A stretch of DNA of 64,000 nt from a bacterium (GTDB lineage Bacteria; Fidelibacterota; Fidelibacteria; Fidelibacterales; Fidelibacteraceae): contig OY781066.1 in assembly GCA_963676395.1 (NCBI GenBank), forward strand, positions 2,240,001 through 2,304,000, in the 5' to 3' direction. Numbering within the stretch: position 1 is the first letter of the stretch; each line of letters opens with the position of its first letter. A program made the position numbers and the translations under genes. The notes below the pieces were generated by a model, which saw only the letters and a program-made list of their open reading frames with translations, made no database searches and was not told the DNA's origin. This document shows positions 18,971 through 27,864 of the stretch, one piece after another.

Positions 18971-19714
18971 ATGAAGATAAATCAATCCACATATTTAAAG
19001 TTAATAGTAGCACTTATGCTATGTACATCGCTTTTTGCAAAGGATCCCGGCTTGAATGCTTTTTATCAGGGAGATTACAAAAGTTCGTCGGAATATTACG
19101 AAGCCAGATTAAAAAAGGATCATAATAACGAAAAGATCATGTACAATCGCGGAACAAGTGCTTTAGCCGAAAAAGATTACGAAACGGCTCAGTCCATGCT
19201 AAGACAAAGTTTGTCTGCTTCCGATGAATCGCAGTTGGCAAAGAGTTATTATAATCTTGGTCAGATAGCCTTGCAACAGCAAGATACGGAAGAAGCGCTT
19301 GAAAATTTTAAAAAATCAATGCTTTATGATCCCGATGATGTTGATGCCAAGATCATGTATGAACATTTGCAACAACAAATGAAGCAACAGCAGCAGCAAC
19401 AGCAAGATCAAGATCAACAGAACGATCAGGATGAGCAGAATGATCAGGAAAAGCAAGATCAGGAACAAGAAAAACAGGACCAAGAGCAAGAAGAGCAACA
19501 ACAAGATCAGCAGCAGGATCAACAACAAGAACAAAAACAGGATCAACAGCAGGAATCTCAGCTGAGTGAAGATGACCTGAAGGGGGAAGACCTGAGCAAA
19601 GAGCAGGCAAAGAATATTTTAAATGCCATGAAGGAAGATGAAAAAGAATCAATGAAAAAACTGATCTTAAGTCAGGCAAAATCTAAAAAGATCAAAAGAA
19701 GTAAAGAATGGTAA
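18971..19714 (+). CDS. batC: BatC-like TPR protein with Gln/Asp/Glu-rich linker
   Basis: TPR motifs YNRG and YYNLG, Q-rich tract, C-terminal QAKNIL..KEW; directly upstream of batD. Confidence 0.75.
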   Translation: MKINQSTYLKLIVALMLCTSLFAKDPGLNAFYQGDYKSSSEYYEARLKKDHNNEKIMYNRGTSALAEKDYETAQSMLRQSLSASDESQLAKSYYNLGQIALQQQDTEEALENFKKSMLYDPDDVDAKIMYEHLQQQMKQQQQQQQDQDQQNDQDEQNDQEKQDQEQEKQDQEQEEQQQDQQQDQQQEQKQDQQQESQLSEDDLKGEDLSKEQAKNILNAMKEDEKESMKKLILSQAKSKKIKRSKEW

Positions 19715-21399
19715 AAAGACTAAATATCATCATTTTATTTGTGTTGGCTGCCACCACACTTCTATGGGGACAAAAGGTCACCTGCAGTATGTCTAAAACA
19801 AATTTCTCTATGCAGGAAGAAGTGAAGATCATTTTCACTTTTGAAGATATCAGAAATGCTCCCCGAGCCGTTGACCTGAAATTACATGATACCTTTTCAA
19901 TAGTCGGCGGTCCTTATTCCTCATCAAATTACTCATGGGTAAATGGCAAATCAACTTCTACAAATACAGTCAGTTATGATCTTATTCCCCTAAAAAGCGG
20001 TAAGATCAAGATACCCTCATATGAATTTAAGATTAAGAATAAAGTTTATAATACTGATGCTTTTTCCGTAAAAATAAGCAAAGATATTGTGAGCGAGAAT
20101 ACAGGTGAAGAAGATATGCCAAATATTTTTCTCCGAACCGTCTTGAAGAAAAAGGAATATTATCAGGGCGAATGTTTTACCCTGGAGTATCTCTTGTTTA
20201 CCGCTGAGAATGTTGTTAATTATACCACAAATCCCGTTTCAACGCTTGAAGGGTTTATTGTTGATGAGTTTGAATTGAATTCATCTCCCGTTACGAGTAA
20301 GCGTATTATCAATGGCAAAGAGTATCTTGTCGCAAGTATTGCTTCCTTAACATTAACACCCACAGAGATCGGGCAGGTGATCTTACCGGTTAAAGCCTTT
20401 AGGATATCACTTAAAAAGCGTGGACAAAGCAGAACAGTGTTCGATGATCCTTTTTTTGGTGTCAGTACTAAGGATGTCAATATTGTCGCACCTATTGATA
20501 CCATACAGATATTACAGCTTCCTGATTACGCCGGACCTTCTTTTAGTGGGGCTATCGGCGAGTTTACAATGAATGTCAGCATCGATTCATTGCTTATACT
20601 TGAAAATCAAGCAACGGCATTGAATGTGGAATTAAGTGGTCATGGGAATATGGGACACTTCACTTTTCCGGGACAGGAATTCGGAAACAATTTTGAAGTC
20701 TTTGAACCCAAAGTGAAAGATAATTATAAATTTAAAGGCTATGATTATGTCGGAAAACGAGCATGGGAATATGTTCTGATCCCTTCGCGTCCCGGTATTT
20801 ATAAATTTGATGACATCTTGTTTACATTCTTTTCACCCAAGAAGAAACAATATGTTACCCTGCGAGGTGAAGTCCCTGCGTTAAAAGTTGTTTCTCATAA
20901 TGAGATCGAAGGAGATTACGATTCAAAGCTTACTCCCGAAGAAGTTCGCTTGCTTTCCAAAGATATCCGATTTTTACAAATGCAGGAAAAATACACCCGA
21001 TCGATTGACGATCACCCTCTGGAAAATAAAAAGATCTGGATGTTTTTCTATTTTTCCGCTTTATTGTTAGTGGCAATGTTTGTTCTTGAATTGAATACTA
21101 TCTATAGAAAAAAACATATGGGTTCAATCAGGTATCGCAACGCCTTTAAAACTGTCATCGCACAGCTGCAAAGCATTGATGATGAGACAGAAAGCAGTAT
21201 AATGCTGGATGTTATTCAAACGGCCTTTATGCAATATTTGCAGGATAAAAAGATCCGGCAATTTGATTATCCTGAATTAGAGGACATTATTAAGACTATG
21301 GAAACCTATAAATATGCTCCCGGTTCACTTTCGCATGCTCAATTGAATGATTTAAAGGACCAATGTTTAACAATGATTGAAAAAATGGAGGAAGTATGA
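19708..21399 (+). CDS. batD: BatD family protein
   Basis: SSNYSWVNGK, FSGAIGEF, LSGHGN, FEVFEPK, YVLIPSRPG, C-terminal TM. Confidence 0.85.
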   Translation: MVKRLNIIILFVLAATTLLWGQKVTCSMSKTNFSMQEEVKIIFTFEDIRNAPRAVDLKLHDTFSIVGGPYSSSNYSWVNGKSTSTNTVSYDLIPLKSGKIKIPSYEFKIKNKVYNTDAFSVKISKDIVSENTGEEDMPNIFLRTVLKKKEYYQGECFTLEYLLFTAENVVNYTTNPVSTLEGFIVDEFELNSSPVTSKRIINGKEYLVASIASLTLTPTEIGQVILPVKAFRISLKKRGQSRTVFDDPFFGVSTKDVNIVAPIDTIQILQLPDYAGPSFSGAIGEFTMNVSIDSLLILENQATALNVELSGHGNMGHFTFPGQEFGNNFEVFEPKVKDNYKFKGYDYVGKRAWEYVLIPSRPGIYKFDDILFTFFSPKKKQYVTLRGEVPALKVVSHNEIEGDYDSKLTPEEVRLLSKDIRFLQMQEKYTRSIDDHPLENKKIWMFFYFSALLLVAMFVLELNTIYRKKHMGSIRYRNAFKTVIAQLQSIDDETESSIMLDVIQTAFMQYLQDKKIRQFDYPELEDIIKTMETYKYAPGSLSHAQLNDLKDQCLTMIEKMEEV

Positions 21400-22175
21400 G
21401 TAAAAAATATCTGTTAATACTTCTTCTGCTCTTTTCGCTGTGTTCGCTTTATGCTGTAAACCTGCAAAGAGAAACGACCTTTAAAGAAGGTGTATCCGCT
21501 TTTGCGGCTGAAGATTACGAAAGATCGATCAATATTTTTCTGGGACTAATGAACGAAGGCGAAATTTCCTGGGAATTATACTATAATTTAGGAAATGCCT
21601 ATTATCGCAAAGGTGAGCTCGGAAATGCCATTCGTTATTGGGAAAAGGCTAAAGTTATTTCACCCTCGCAGGAAGATATTATTTATAATTTGAACATTGC
21701 CGAGCAACGACTTATCGATAAAGTGGTTCTACCGAAAATATTTCCATTGTTTAAGTGGTATCGCGATCTACGTGCCCGTGTAGATGTGGCAAAATTTATC
21801 TTTATTATTGGAGTACTGCTTTTTGTTGCTTTACTGGCTTTGGCATTTCTTAAGTATTATGGCAAGAATGCTAAAGCGCCACGAAAACTGCTTATTACAA
21901 TCGTGATAGTATCTTTGAGCTTTGGTGTTATACTAACAGCCGTTGCCTTGGATGCCGGTTCCAATAGAAAAGACCAACATCATGCCATAGTGCTTGAAAA
22001 TACTGTAAATATTTATTCGGAACCCGATGAAAGCTCGACTATTCTTTTTATTCTGCATGAAGGCTCCAAAGTAAAAGTAAATAAGAAAATTGAAGACATC
22101 TGGATGAATATTTCTTATTTTGATGATAAGATAGGTTGGATAAAAAGCGAAACACTTGGAGAGATCGAAGAATGA
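21396..22175 (+). CDS. batE: BatE-like TPR + TM + SH3 protein
   Basis: LYYNLGNAYYRKGELGNAI, two TM helices, LFILHEGSKV..GWI. Confidence 0.85.
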   Translation: MSKKYLLILLLLFSLCSLYAVNLQRETTFKEGVSAFAAEDYERSINIFLGLMNEGEISWELYYNLGNAYYRKGELGNAIRYWEKAKVISPSQEDIIYNLNIAEQRLIDKVVLPKIFPLFKWYRDLRARVDVAKFIFIIGVLLFVALLALAFLKYYGKNAKAPRKLLITIVIVSLSFGVILTAVALDAGSNRKDQHHAIVLENTVNIYSEPDESSTILFILHEGSKVKVNKKIEDIWMNISYFDDKIGWIKSETLGEIEE

Positions 22176-22615
22176 AAAAAGCAGCATTGGTGGTTACTAT
22201 ATTTTTGATCTCGACATTCCTATATGCACAAGTGATCCAACAGGAATTTTTAAATCCTCAAAAAGTTCGAAAAACTTATAAACATAGAGAATTTCAGCAG
22301 ATCCTTTTTGCTGATGATGAAGTCTTTAATAATGATCCGGCATCCCTGGAAAAAGAATTTATTGAGACATCAGGATATAGGATCCAATTAATCTCGACTC
22401 AAAATCTTTCCGAAGCGATCTCTGTGAAAGTTGAAGCCGATTCTTTGTTTACTACACCGGTATATGTGGATTTTGAGCCTCCTAACTACAAAGTTCGAAT
22501 CGGGAACTATCTCTCGGCCGATGAAGCCGCTGTGATGCAGGAACGGATGCAAAAACGAGGTTTTAAGTTTGCCTGGGTGGTCCCCTCTAAAATTGTAATT
22601 GCAAGAAACAAATGA
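22172..22615 (+). CDS. SPOR domain protein
   Basis: GYRIQL, PPNYKVRIGNY, GFKFAWVV; ATGA overlap with batE stop. Confidence 0.85.
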   Translation: MKKAALVVTIFLISTFLYAQVIQQEFLNPQKVRKTYKHREFQQILFADDEVFNNDPASLEKEFIETSGYRIQLISTQNLSEAISVKVEADSLFTTPVYVDFEPPNYKVRIGNYLSADEAAVMQERMQKRGFKFAWVVPSKIVIARNK

Positions 22616-23712
22616 CAAAAAGATACATGATCATATTTCTAGTCCTGATTACTGTATCGGGACTCTTTGCTATAGATGAGGCCTTTCATAAAGGCTATGA
22701 TCTCTTTTATAATTATCATTTTGAAGAAGCTGAAAATTACTTTAAAGAGAAAATGAAGGATGCAGAAGATCCTTTTCCGTATTATGCTTTTTATTCTTAC
22801 AGTAAGATCCGGTCATCATTGGCCAATGCGGAATATTCTACGGCCATGGACGAAGCGGATAAGGTGATTCACACCTATCGTCCTGTTTTTGAGAGTTATT
22901 TGCAACAACATCCCGACGATGTGAACGCTCAGTTCTTTTATACCGCACTTCTTGCAGGAAAGATGCGCATTTATTTGAATAAAATGGCTTATATGGATAT
23001 TCTTAAAGAAGCGCCACGGATTTTGGCAAATAAGGTGAGTATTGATAAGTACAGTAAGGGAGAATTCCCCGAAATGGCTTTTGGGACCGGCGCATTTGAT
23101 TATTATTTATCAGTGGTCGGTGCAAATCTTGGTTTAGCCGGTATATTTACCAATACCCGCAGTGATGGACTTGCCGATTTATCCTTCGCTTATAAAAATG
23201 CCGAATATACCAACTGGGAAGCTGCTATTGTACTCATGTATGTTGATCTATATGATAAGATGGATTACGAAGCCTGCGAAGTGCTTTATAAAGACTTTTT
23301 AGAAAAATATCCCAATAATTTAGAGGTATTGTCTATTGCTGCCGAGGCTTCATTTTATCAAGCTCGTTGGCGTGAAGGTGATATTTATCTAAAACATATT
23401 AAGAAATTGTTAAATCATGGTATTTTAAGGAATGATAAAGGCTGGGTAGCTAAAATAAAATTTCTTGAAGGAGTGCGAGCCATGCTAAAAGAAGAGCATG
23501 TCCAGGCTCTTGAATACTTCAATGAAGCCTATGAAATGAATGCCATTGAATATTCATGGTATCAAGCTATTATTCTTAAATATACCGGAGATATTTATCT
23601 TAAAATGGGATTTGTAAGAACCGCTAAGCTATATTACGAAGAAGTCGCTAACGGTATTGAGATATCCCCGCATGTGAGAGAAGCGAAAGATTTGCTAAAA
23701 ACCCTCAAGTAA
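22612..23712 (+). CDS. Secreted TPR-like protein
   Basis: Signal peptide and helical repeat pattern. Confidence 0.7.
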   Translation: MTKRYMIIFLVLITVSGLFAIDEAFHKGYDLFYNYHFEEAENYFKEKMKDAEDPFPYYAFYSYSKIRSSLANAEYSTAMDEADKVIHTYRPVFESYLQQHPDDVNAQFFYTALLAGKMRIYLNKMAYMDILKEAPRILANKVSIDKYSKGEFPEMAFGTGAFDYYLSVVGANLGLAGIFTNTRSDGLADLSFAYKNAEYTNWEAAIVLMYVDLYDKMDYEACEVLYKDFLEKYPNNLEVLSIAAEASFYQARWREGDIYLKHIKKLLNHGILRNDKGWVAKIKFLEGVRAMLKEEHVQALEYFNEAYEMNAIEYSWYQAIILKYTGDIYLKMGFVRTAKLYYEEVANGIEISPHVREAKDLLKTLK

Positions 23713-23845
23713 ATTCTGAATTTTAATTAACGAGTATAGATTTAATATATAGAATATAATTCTCTGAATTTTTCTTTTTGTCAATATTTCTGCCAAAATG
23801 ACAAAATCCCCTTGATTATCACAAATATCCTCTCTAATTTCTTGC

Positions 23846-25003
23846 ATGAGAAATATTGAACAAAAATACGGAATTATCGGTGGATCACAGGCGATCAAAG
23901 AGGTGATAGGAGTTGTCGAGCAGGTAGCGCCATCGGATATCTCTATCTTGATCTACGGTGAAAGTGGCGTCGGGAAAGAATTGGTAGCCAAAGCATTACA
24001 TGATCTTTCCCTGAGGAAACACGCAGAATATGTTATTGTAAACTGCGGAGCTATCCCTGCCGGTACGATCGAATCGGAATTATTCGGTCACAAAAAAGGC
24101 TCTTTTACCGGAGCTGTTGAGAATAGAAAAGGTTTTTTTGAAACAGCTGATAATGGTACCATCCTATTGGATGAGATCGGTGAATTGCCTTTGGAAACAC
24201 AGGTTAAACTTTTACGAACCCTTGAACAAGGCGAGATCACCCGTGTGGGGGAAAGTCAGGCGAAAAAAGTCAATGTACGCGTGATTGGAGCAACCAATCG
24301 TGATTTGCAGTCCGAAGTAAGTCAAGGTAAATTTAGACAGGATCTTTACTTTAGGCTAAAAACCATCATGATCCGAATACCGCCGTTAAGAGAACGAAAA
24401 GAAGATATCCCTATGTTGGCTGAACATTTTATGATGCGTTATGCCGATGAACATAATCTTGCATATAAACCGATTACACCGCAAGCAATGGCACTGATCG
24501 AGGAAGCCAAGTGGGAAGGTAATGTACGTGAATTAAAGAATTTTATACAGAGTGTATTCGTATTAGAGCACAATAATATGATCCAGGCTTCTACTGTTTC
24601 ACAGCATTTAAGTCCAATGCATGAACCGTTGATGTACGATACCCGTTTCCCGGTTCCGGTAAACAAAGAAGCCGATGTGGTTGATAGAGAATTGATTTTA
24701 AGGCAATTGTTTTTTATTCGTCAAGATATTGAAGAGATTAAAAATAAGTTGAGTGATCTGGAGCCTGATGGTGACTTTGTTGCTGATAGGGTAAGGGATA
24801 TTAGTAATATTCTTAATGCAAATGTGCACAATGAAGTTCAGGTGGAGCTTCCTCAACGCTCAAAAACAATGCAAGAGATAGAAAGAGATACCATTAAGAA
24901 AACCCTGGATAGATTTTACGGCTCAAAACGAAAAACCGCTCAAGCGCTTGGTATGAGCGAAAGGACATTGTATCGTAAGATCAATGAGTATGATCTTAAT
25001 TGA
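23846..25003 (+). CDS. Sigma-54-interaction AAA+ / Fis-HTH transcriptional regulator lacking an N-terminal sensor domain
   Basis: GESGVGKE, ESELFGHKKGSFTGA, LDEIGE, FRQDLYFRL, WEGNVREL, LGMSERTLYRK. Confidence 0.92.
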   Translation: MRNIEQKYGIIGGSQAIKEVIGVVEQVAPSDISILIYGESGVGKELVAKALHDLSLRKHAEYVIVNCGAIPAGTIESELFGHKKGSFTGAVENRKGFFETADNGTILLDEIGELPLETQVKLLRTLEQGEITRVGESQAKKVNVRVIGATNRDLQSEVSQGKFRQDLYFRLKTIMIRIPPLRERKEDIPMLAEHFMMRYADEHNLAYKPITPQAMALIEEAKWEGNVRELKNFIQSVFVLEHNNMIQASTVSQHLSPMHEPLMYDTRFPVPVNKEADVVDRELILRQLFFIRQDIEEIKNKLSDLEPDGDFVADRVRDISNILNANVHNEVQVELPQRSKTMQEIERDTIKKTLDRFYGSKRKTAQALGMSERTLYRKINEYDLN

Positions 25004-25025
25004 CAATTAGGAATGAAAAGTTAAG

Positions 25026-25220
25026 ATGGAATGTAAAAAGGAAAATAATTTAAAGAATTGTTCATGCACATATCCCTGTACTCGAAAAGGGATGTGTTGT
25101 GAATGCGTAGAATATCATAGATCCAATCGGCAGATCCCGGGATGTTTTTTTCCTGCTGAAGCTGAAAGAACATATGATAGATCTTATGAGTATTTTGCGG
25201 AACTTGTTATTAAGGAATAA
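25026..25220 (+). CDS. Small Cys-rich protein (DUF6485-like)
   Basis: CSCTYPCTRKGMCCECVEYH..IPGCFFP..ERTYDRS. Confidence 0.75.
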   Translation: MECKKENNLKNCSCTYPCTRKGMCCECVEYHRSNRQIPGCFFPAEAERTYDRSYEYFAELVIKE

Positions 25221-25288
25221 GATTTAAGCCAACAGCCCACAGCTGATAGCCGAGGGCTGATAGCTAATAGCTAAATAAGGAAAACAAC

Positions 25289-25810
25289 ATGATCATAGTA
25301 TACACCGGTGACGGTAAAGGGAAAACATCTGCGGCTTTGGGTACGGTTCTCAGGGCTAGCGGTTATCATAAAAAGACGTGTATCATCCAGTTTATTAAAG
25401 ATGGTACGCAATATGGTGAACATCATGCTTTAGAGCAAGGCTTGGGTGACTTTGTGGATGTCTATCAAGCCGGCATAGGTTTTTATAATCTCCCCGGTGA
25501 TGAACATTCCGAAATAGATCACATTAAAGCAGCGGCTGAAGCGATGGTTTTTGCTAAAAAGAAAATGAAAGATAAGAGTTATGATATTCTTGTTTTGGAT
25601 GAAATCGTTACCGCTATGAGTGTTAATCTTGTCAGTGAAGAAGACATTCTTGCCTTAATAAAGAAGTTACCTAAAAAACTGCACCTTATCCTGACCGGTA
25701 GGGGAGCCAGCGACGCATTGATCAAAGCGGCTGATCTTGTAACGGAAATGCGTGAGATCAAGCATCCTTTCCAAAAACAGGAACCAGCAGTGGAAGGAAT
25801 AGATTTTTAA
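25289..25810 (+). CDS. btuR: Cob(I)yrinic acid a,c-diamide adenosyltransferase (CobA/CobO/BtuR)
   Basis: VYTGDGKGKTSAALG, IQFIK, LVLDEI, LTGRGA, ADLVTEM..IKHPF..GIDF. Confidence 0.9.
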   Translation: MIIVYTGDGKGKTSAALGTVLRASGYHKKTCIIQFIKDGTQYGEHHALEQGLGDFVDVYQAGIGFYNLPGDEHSEIDHIKAAAEAMVFAKKKMKDKSYDILVLDEIVTAMSVNLVSEEDILALIKKLPKKLHLILTGRGASDALIKAADLVTEMREIKHPFQKQEPAVEGIDF

Positions 25811-26880
25811 TGGAAAAATTTGAAAAGGGAGTATCCCTGTTTGAATATAAAAGTGCTGATCCATCGGTGATCGAAGAGATTAAAGCTCTAAAAGAAGAGC
25901 TAAAAGATGATCTTGTCATTTTAGGACATCACTACCAACGTGATGATGTTATCCAATTTGCCGATGTGCGCGGCGATTCGCTTGTACTGAGTCAAAAAGC
26001 TGCTGAAATGGATAAAAAACATATTGTATTTTGCGGTGTGTATTTTATGGCGGAGTGTGCAGATATTCTTACTTCCGATGAGCAAAAGGTATATTTACCC
26101 GATCTTCATGCCGGATGTGCTATGGCCGATATGGCAAAATTGGCTGAGGTTGAAATGATTTGGGAGCATCTGACTCGCAATAGCGATGTGAAGATCATTC
26201 CAATTACCTATATAAATTGTTCTGCAGATATCAAATACTTTGTCGGAAAGCACGATGGCATTATTTGTACATCTTCCAATGCCTCTAAAATATTTGACTG
26301 GGCCATGGAGAGAGGGGAAAAGCTTTTATTCCTGCCTGATCAATATTTAGGCAAGAATACCGCTATTGCGAAAGGTATAGCGCAGGAAGAAATGTTTCTG
26401 CTGGATAGATTTCCGGATAAAAATGCTATTGAAAGAACGAAAGTCTTTTTGTGGAACGGTTATTGTAGCGTTCATAAGCGCTTTAAATTGAGCGATGTTG
26501 AAAAACGCAGGGCAGAATACCCGGGCATTAATATCGTCGTACATGGTGAATGTACGGATGATGTGGTCGCGGCTTCAGATGCATTCGGTTCTACCGCAGC
26601 TATTATCAAGATGATCTCCGAAGCGGAAAGTGGATCGGTTTGGGCGGTTGGCACCGAACAGCATCTTGTTAGAAGGATCATGAACCAACATCCCGATAAA
26701 ACCATCGTTCCTTTATCGGAACATGGTTTTCAGTGTGTTACAATGAACATGATCTCAGCGGAAAAATTATTGGAAACATTAAAAGAAATTAAGAATAAAA
26801 AAGAAGATCATCTGATCGAAGTCGATAAAGAGATTAAACACTTTGCCAAAACCGCTCTAGTGCGTATGTTAAACCTATGA
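25810..26880 (+). CDS. nadA: Quinolinate synthase A
   Basis: ILGHHYQ, GDSL, FCGVYFMAE, AGCAMADMA, YINCSA, CTSSNA, PDQYLG, CSVH, C..M. Confidence 0.95.
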   Translation: MEKFEKGVSLFEYKSADPSVIEEIKALKEELKDDLVILGHHYQRDDVIQFADVRGDSLVLSQKAAEMDKKHIVFCGVYFMAECADILTSDEQKVYLPDLHAGCAMADMAKLAEVEMIWEHLTRNSDVKIIPITYINCSADIKYFVGKHDGIICTSSNASKIFDWAMERGEKLLFLPDQYLGKNTAIAKGIAQEEMFLLDRFPDKNAIERTKVFLWNGYCSVHKRFKLSDVEKRRAEYPGINIVVHGECTDDVVAASDAFGSTAAIIKMISEAESGSVWAVGTEQHLVRRIMNQHPDKTIVPLSEHGFQCVTMNMISAEKLLETLKEIKNKKEDHLIEVDKEIKHFAKTALVRMLNL

Positions 26881-27617
26881 TTAAAAAAGCCATTGCCATT
26901 TTAACTCTACTGACGATCATTCTGACAAGTTGTGCTACCAAATCCTATGTCAGGCTCGAAAACGAACGCATCCAAAACGAAAGCGTGGCTTCCGATTCTA
27001 CTTTAATGGTGGAGATATTGAATCGCAGTGATCGACAAGATTATGTCAGAGATTCACTTTTTTATGATTTAAGTAATCAAACACAGAGCATTATCATTGA
27101 TTTGATGGGTGAATTATATTACAAATCATACCAAATTGATTCTTTGGAAAGCAAATTGGCAAATCAGGCAGTGTTTTTAGATAGCATTACTACCGATGTA
27201 ACGAATTTGCAAAAGCTTGAGAGTCGTTTTGGAGATGCCGATTATAGTATGTACGATTTATCTCAAATATCCGCTAATCTAGATTCTCTCAATTCCAATC
27301 AAAAGTATCTTTCTCGTGAATTACAGTACATGATTCGTGATCTTGGCTTGATTGAACGAAATTTGATGGATATTATGAATTATTCAATAAATTCCATGAA
27401 AAACCGTTTGAACACTTCTACAGCTATGATGAATCATGCTTTGTATCACCATAATGCGACGGCTTATAAACTGATCATGGTATATTTAATGACTAACAAT
27501 TCATCGGATCCCAATGAATTGCTGACCTATATTGATTCCGTATATTCTCTGGGCCCAGCTCTTGATACAATTAATGTATCATTTGACCTGCCGAGCGATT
27601 CGAGTTCTATAAAGTAA
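26877..27617 (+). CDS. Hypothetical lipoprotein with coiled-coil character
   Basis: Lipobox LTSC; ATGA overlap with nadA. Confidence 0.7.
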   Translation: MIKKAIAILTLLTIILTSCATKSYVRLENERIQNESVASDSTLMVEILNRSDRQDYVRDSLFYDLSNQTQSIIIDLMGELYYKSYQIDSLESKLANQAVFLDSITTDVTNLQKLESRFGDADYSMYDLSQISANLDSLNSNQKYLSRELQYMIRDLGLIERNLMDIMNYSINSMKNRLNTSTAMMNHALYHHNATAYKLIMVYLMTNNSSDPNELLTYIDSVYSLGPALDTINVSFDLPSDSSSIK

Positions 27618-27818
27618 AAGTGGTGACCTGCCAACCGGCAACGGAGGAAAGCGAAGGGTCATATAATTATGGATGATTATATCAAAGTATTATCCCGTAC
27701 TATGTGCGGGTTTTTCGATTTTGTTGTATTTTCAATTCAATGCATATTTAAAATATGAGTGGATTTTGTTTCATATGCATTAACGGTATTCCAAGAAAAG
27801 GTCCATGTTGATAGATAT

Positions 27819-27844
27819 AAAAAGCCCCGGTATTTTACCGGGGC
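27819..27844 (-). terminator. Intrinsic terminator of the S46 peptidase gene
   Basis: GCCCCGGTA/TACCGGGGC stem with A-run on the + strand (U-tract on -). Confidence 0.7.
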
Positions 27845-27864
27845 AATTCGTAACCTTTAGGTCA

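Noticed and set aside
19370..19560. Repetitive CAA/CAG/GAT tract as CRISPR or DNA repeat element
   Set aside because: It is the in-frame Gln/Asp/Glu-rich linker of BatC; no constant repeat with unique spacers. The Leu-rich antisense ORFs are shadows.
27640..27660. RNase P RNA (GAGGAAAG)
   Set aside because: Lacks the following GTCC and the other conserved regions, and the intergenic space is too short
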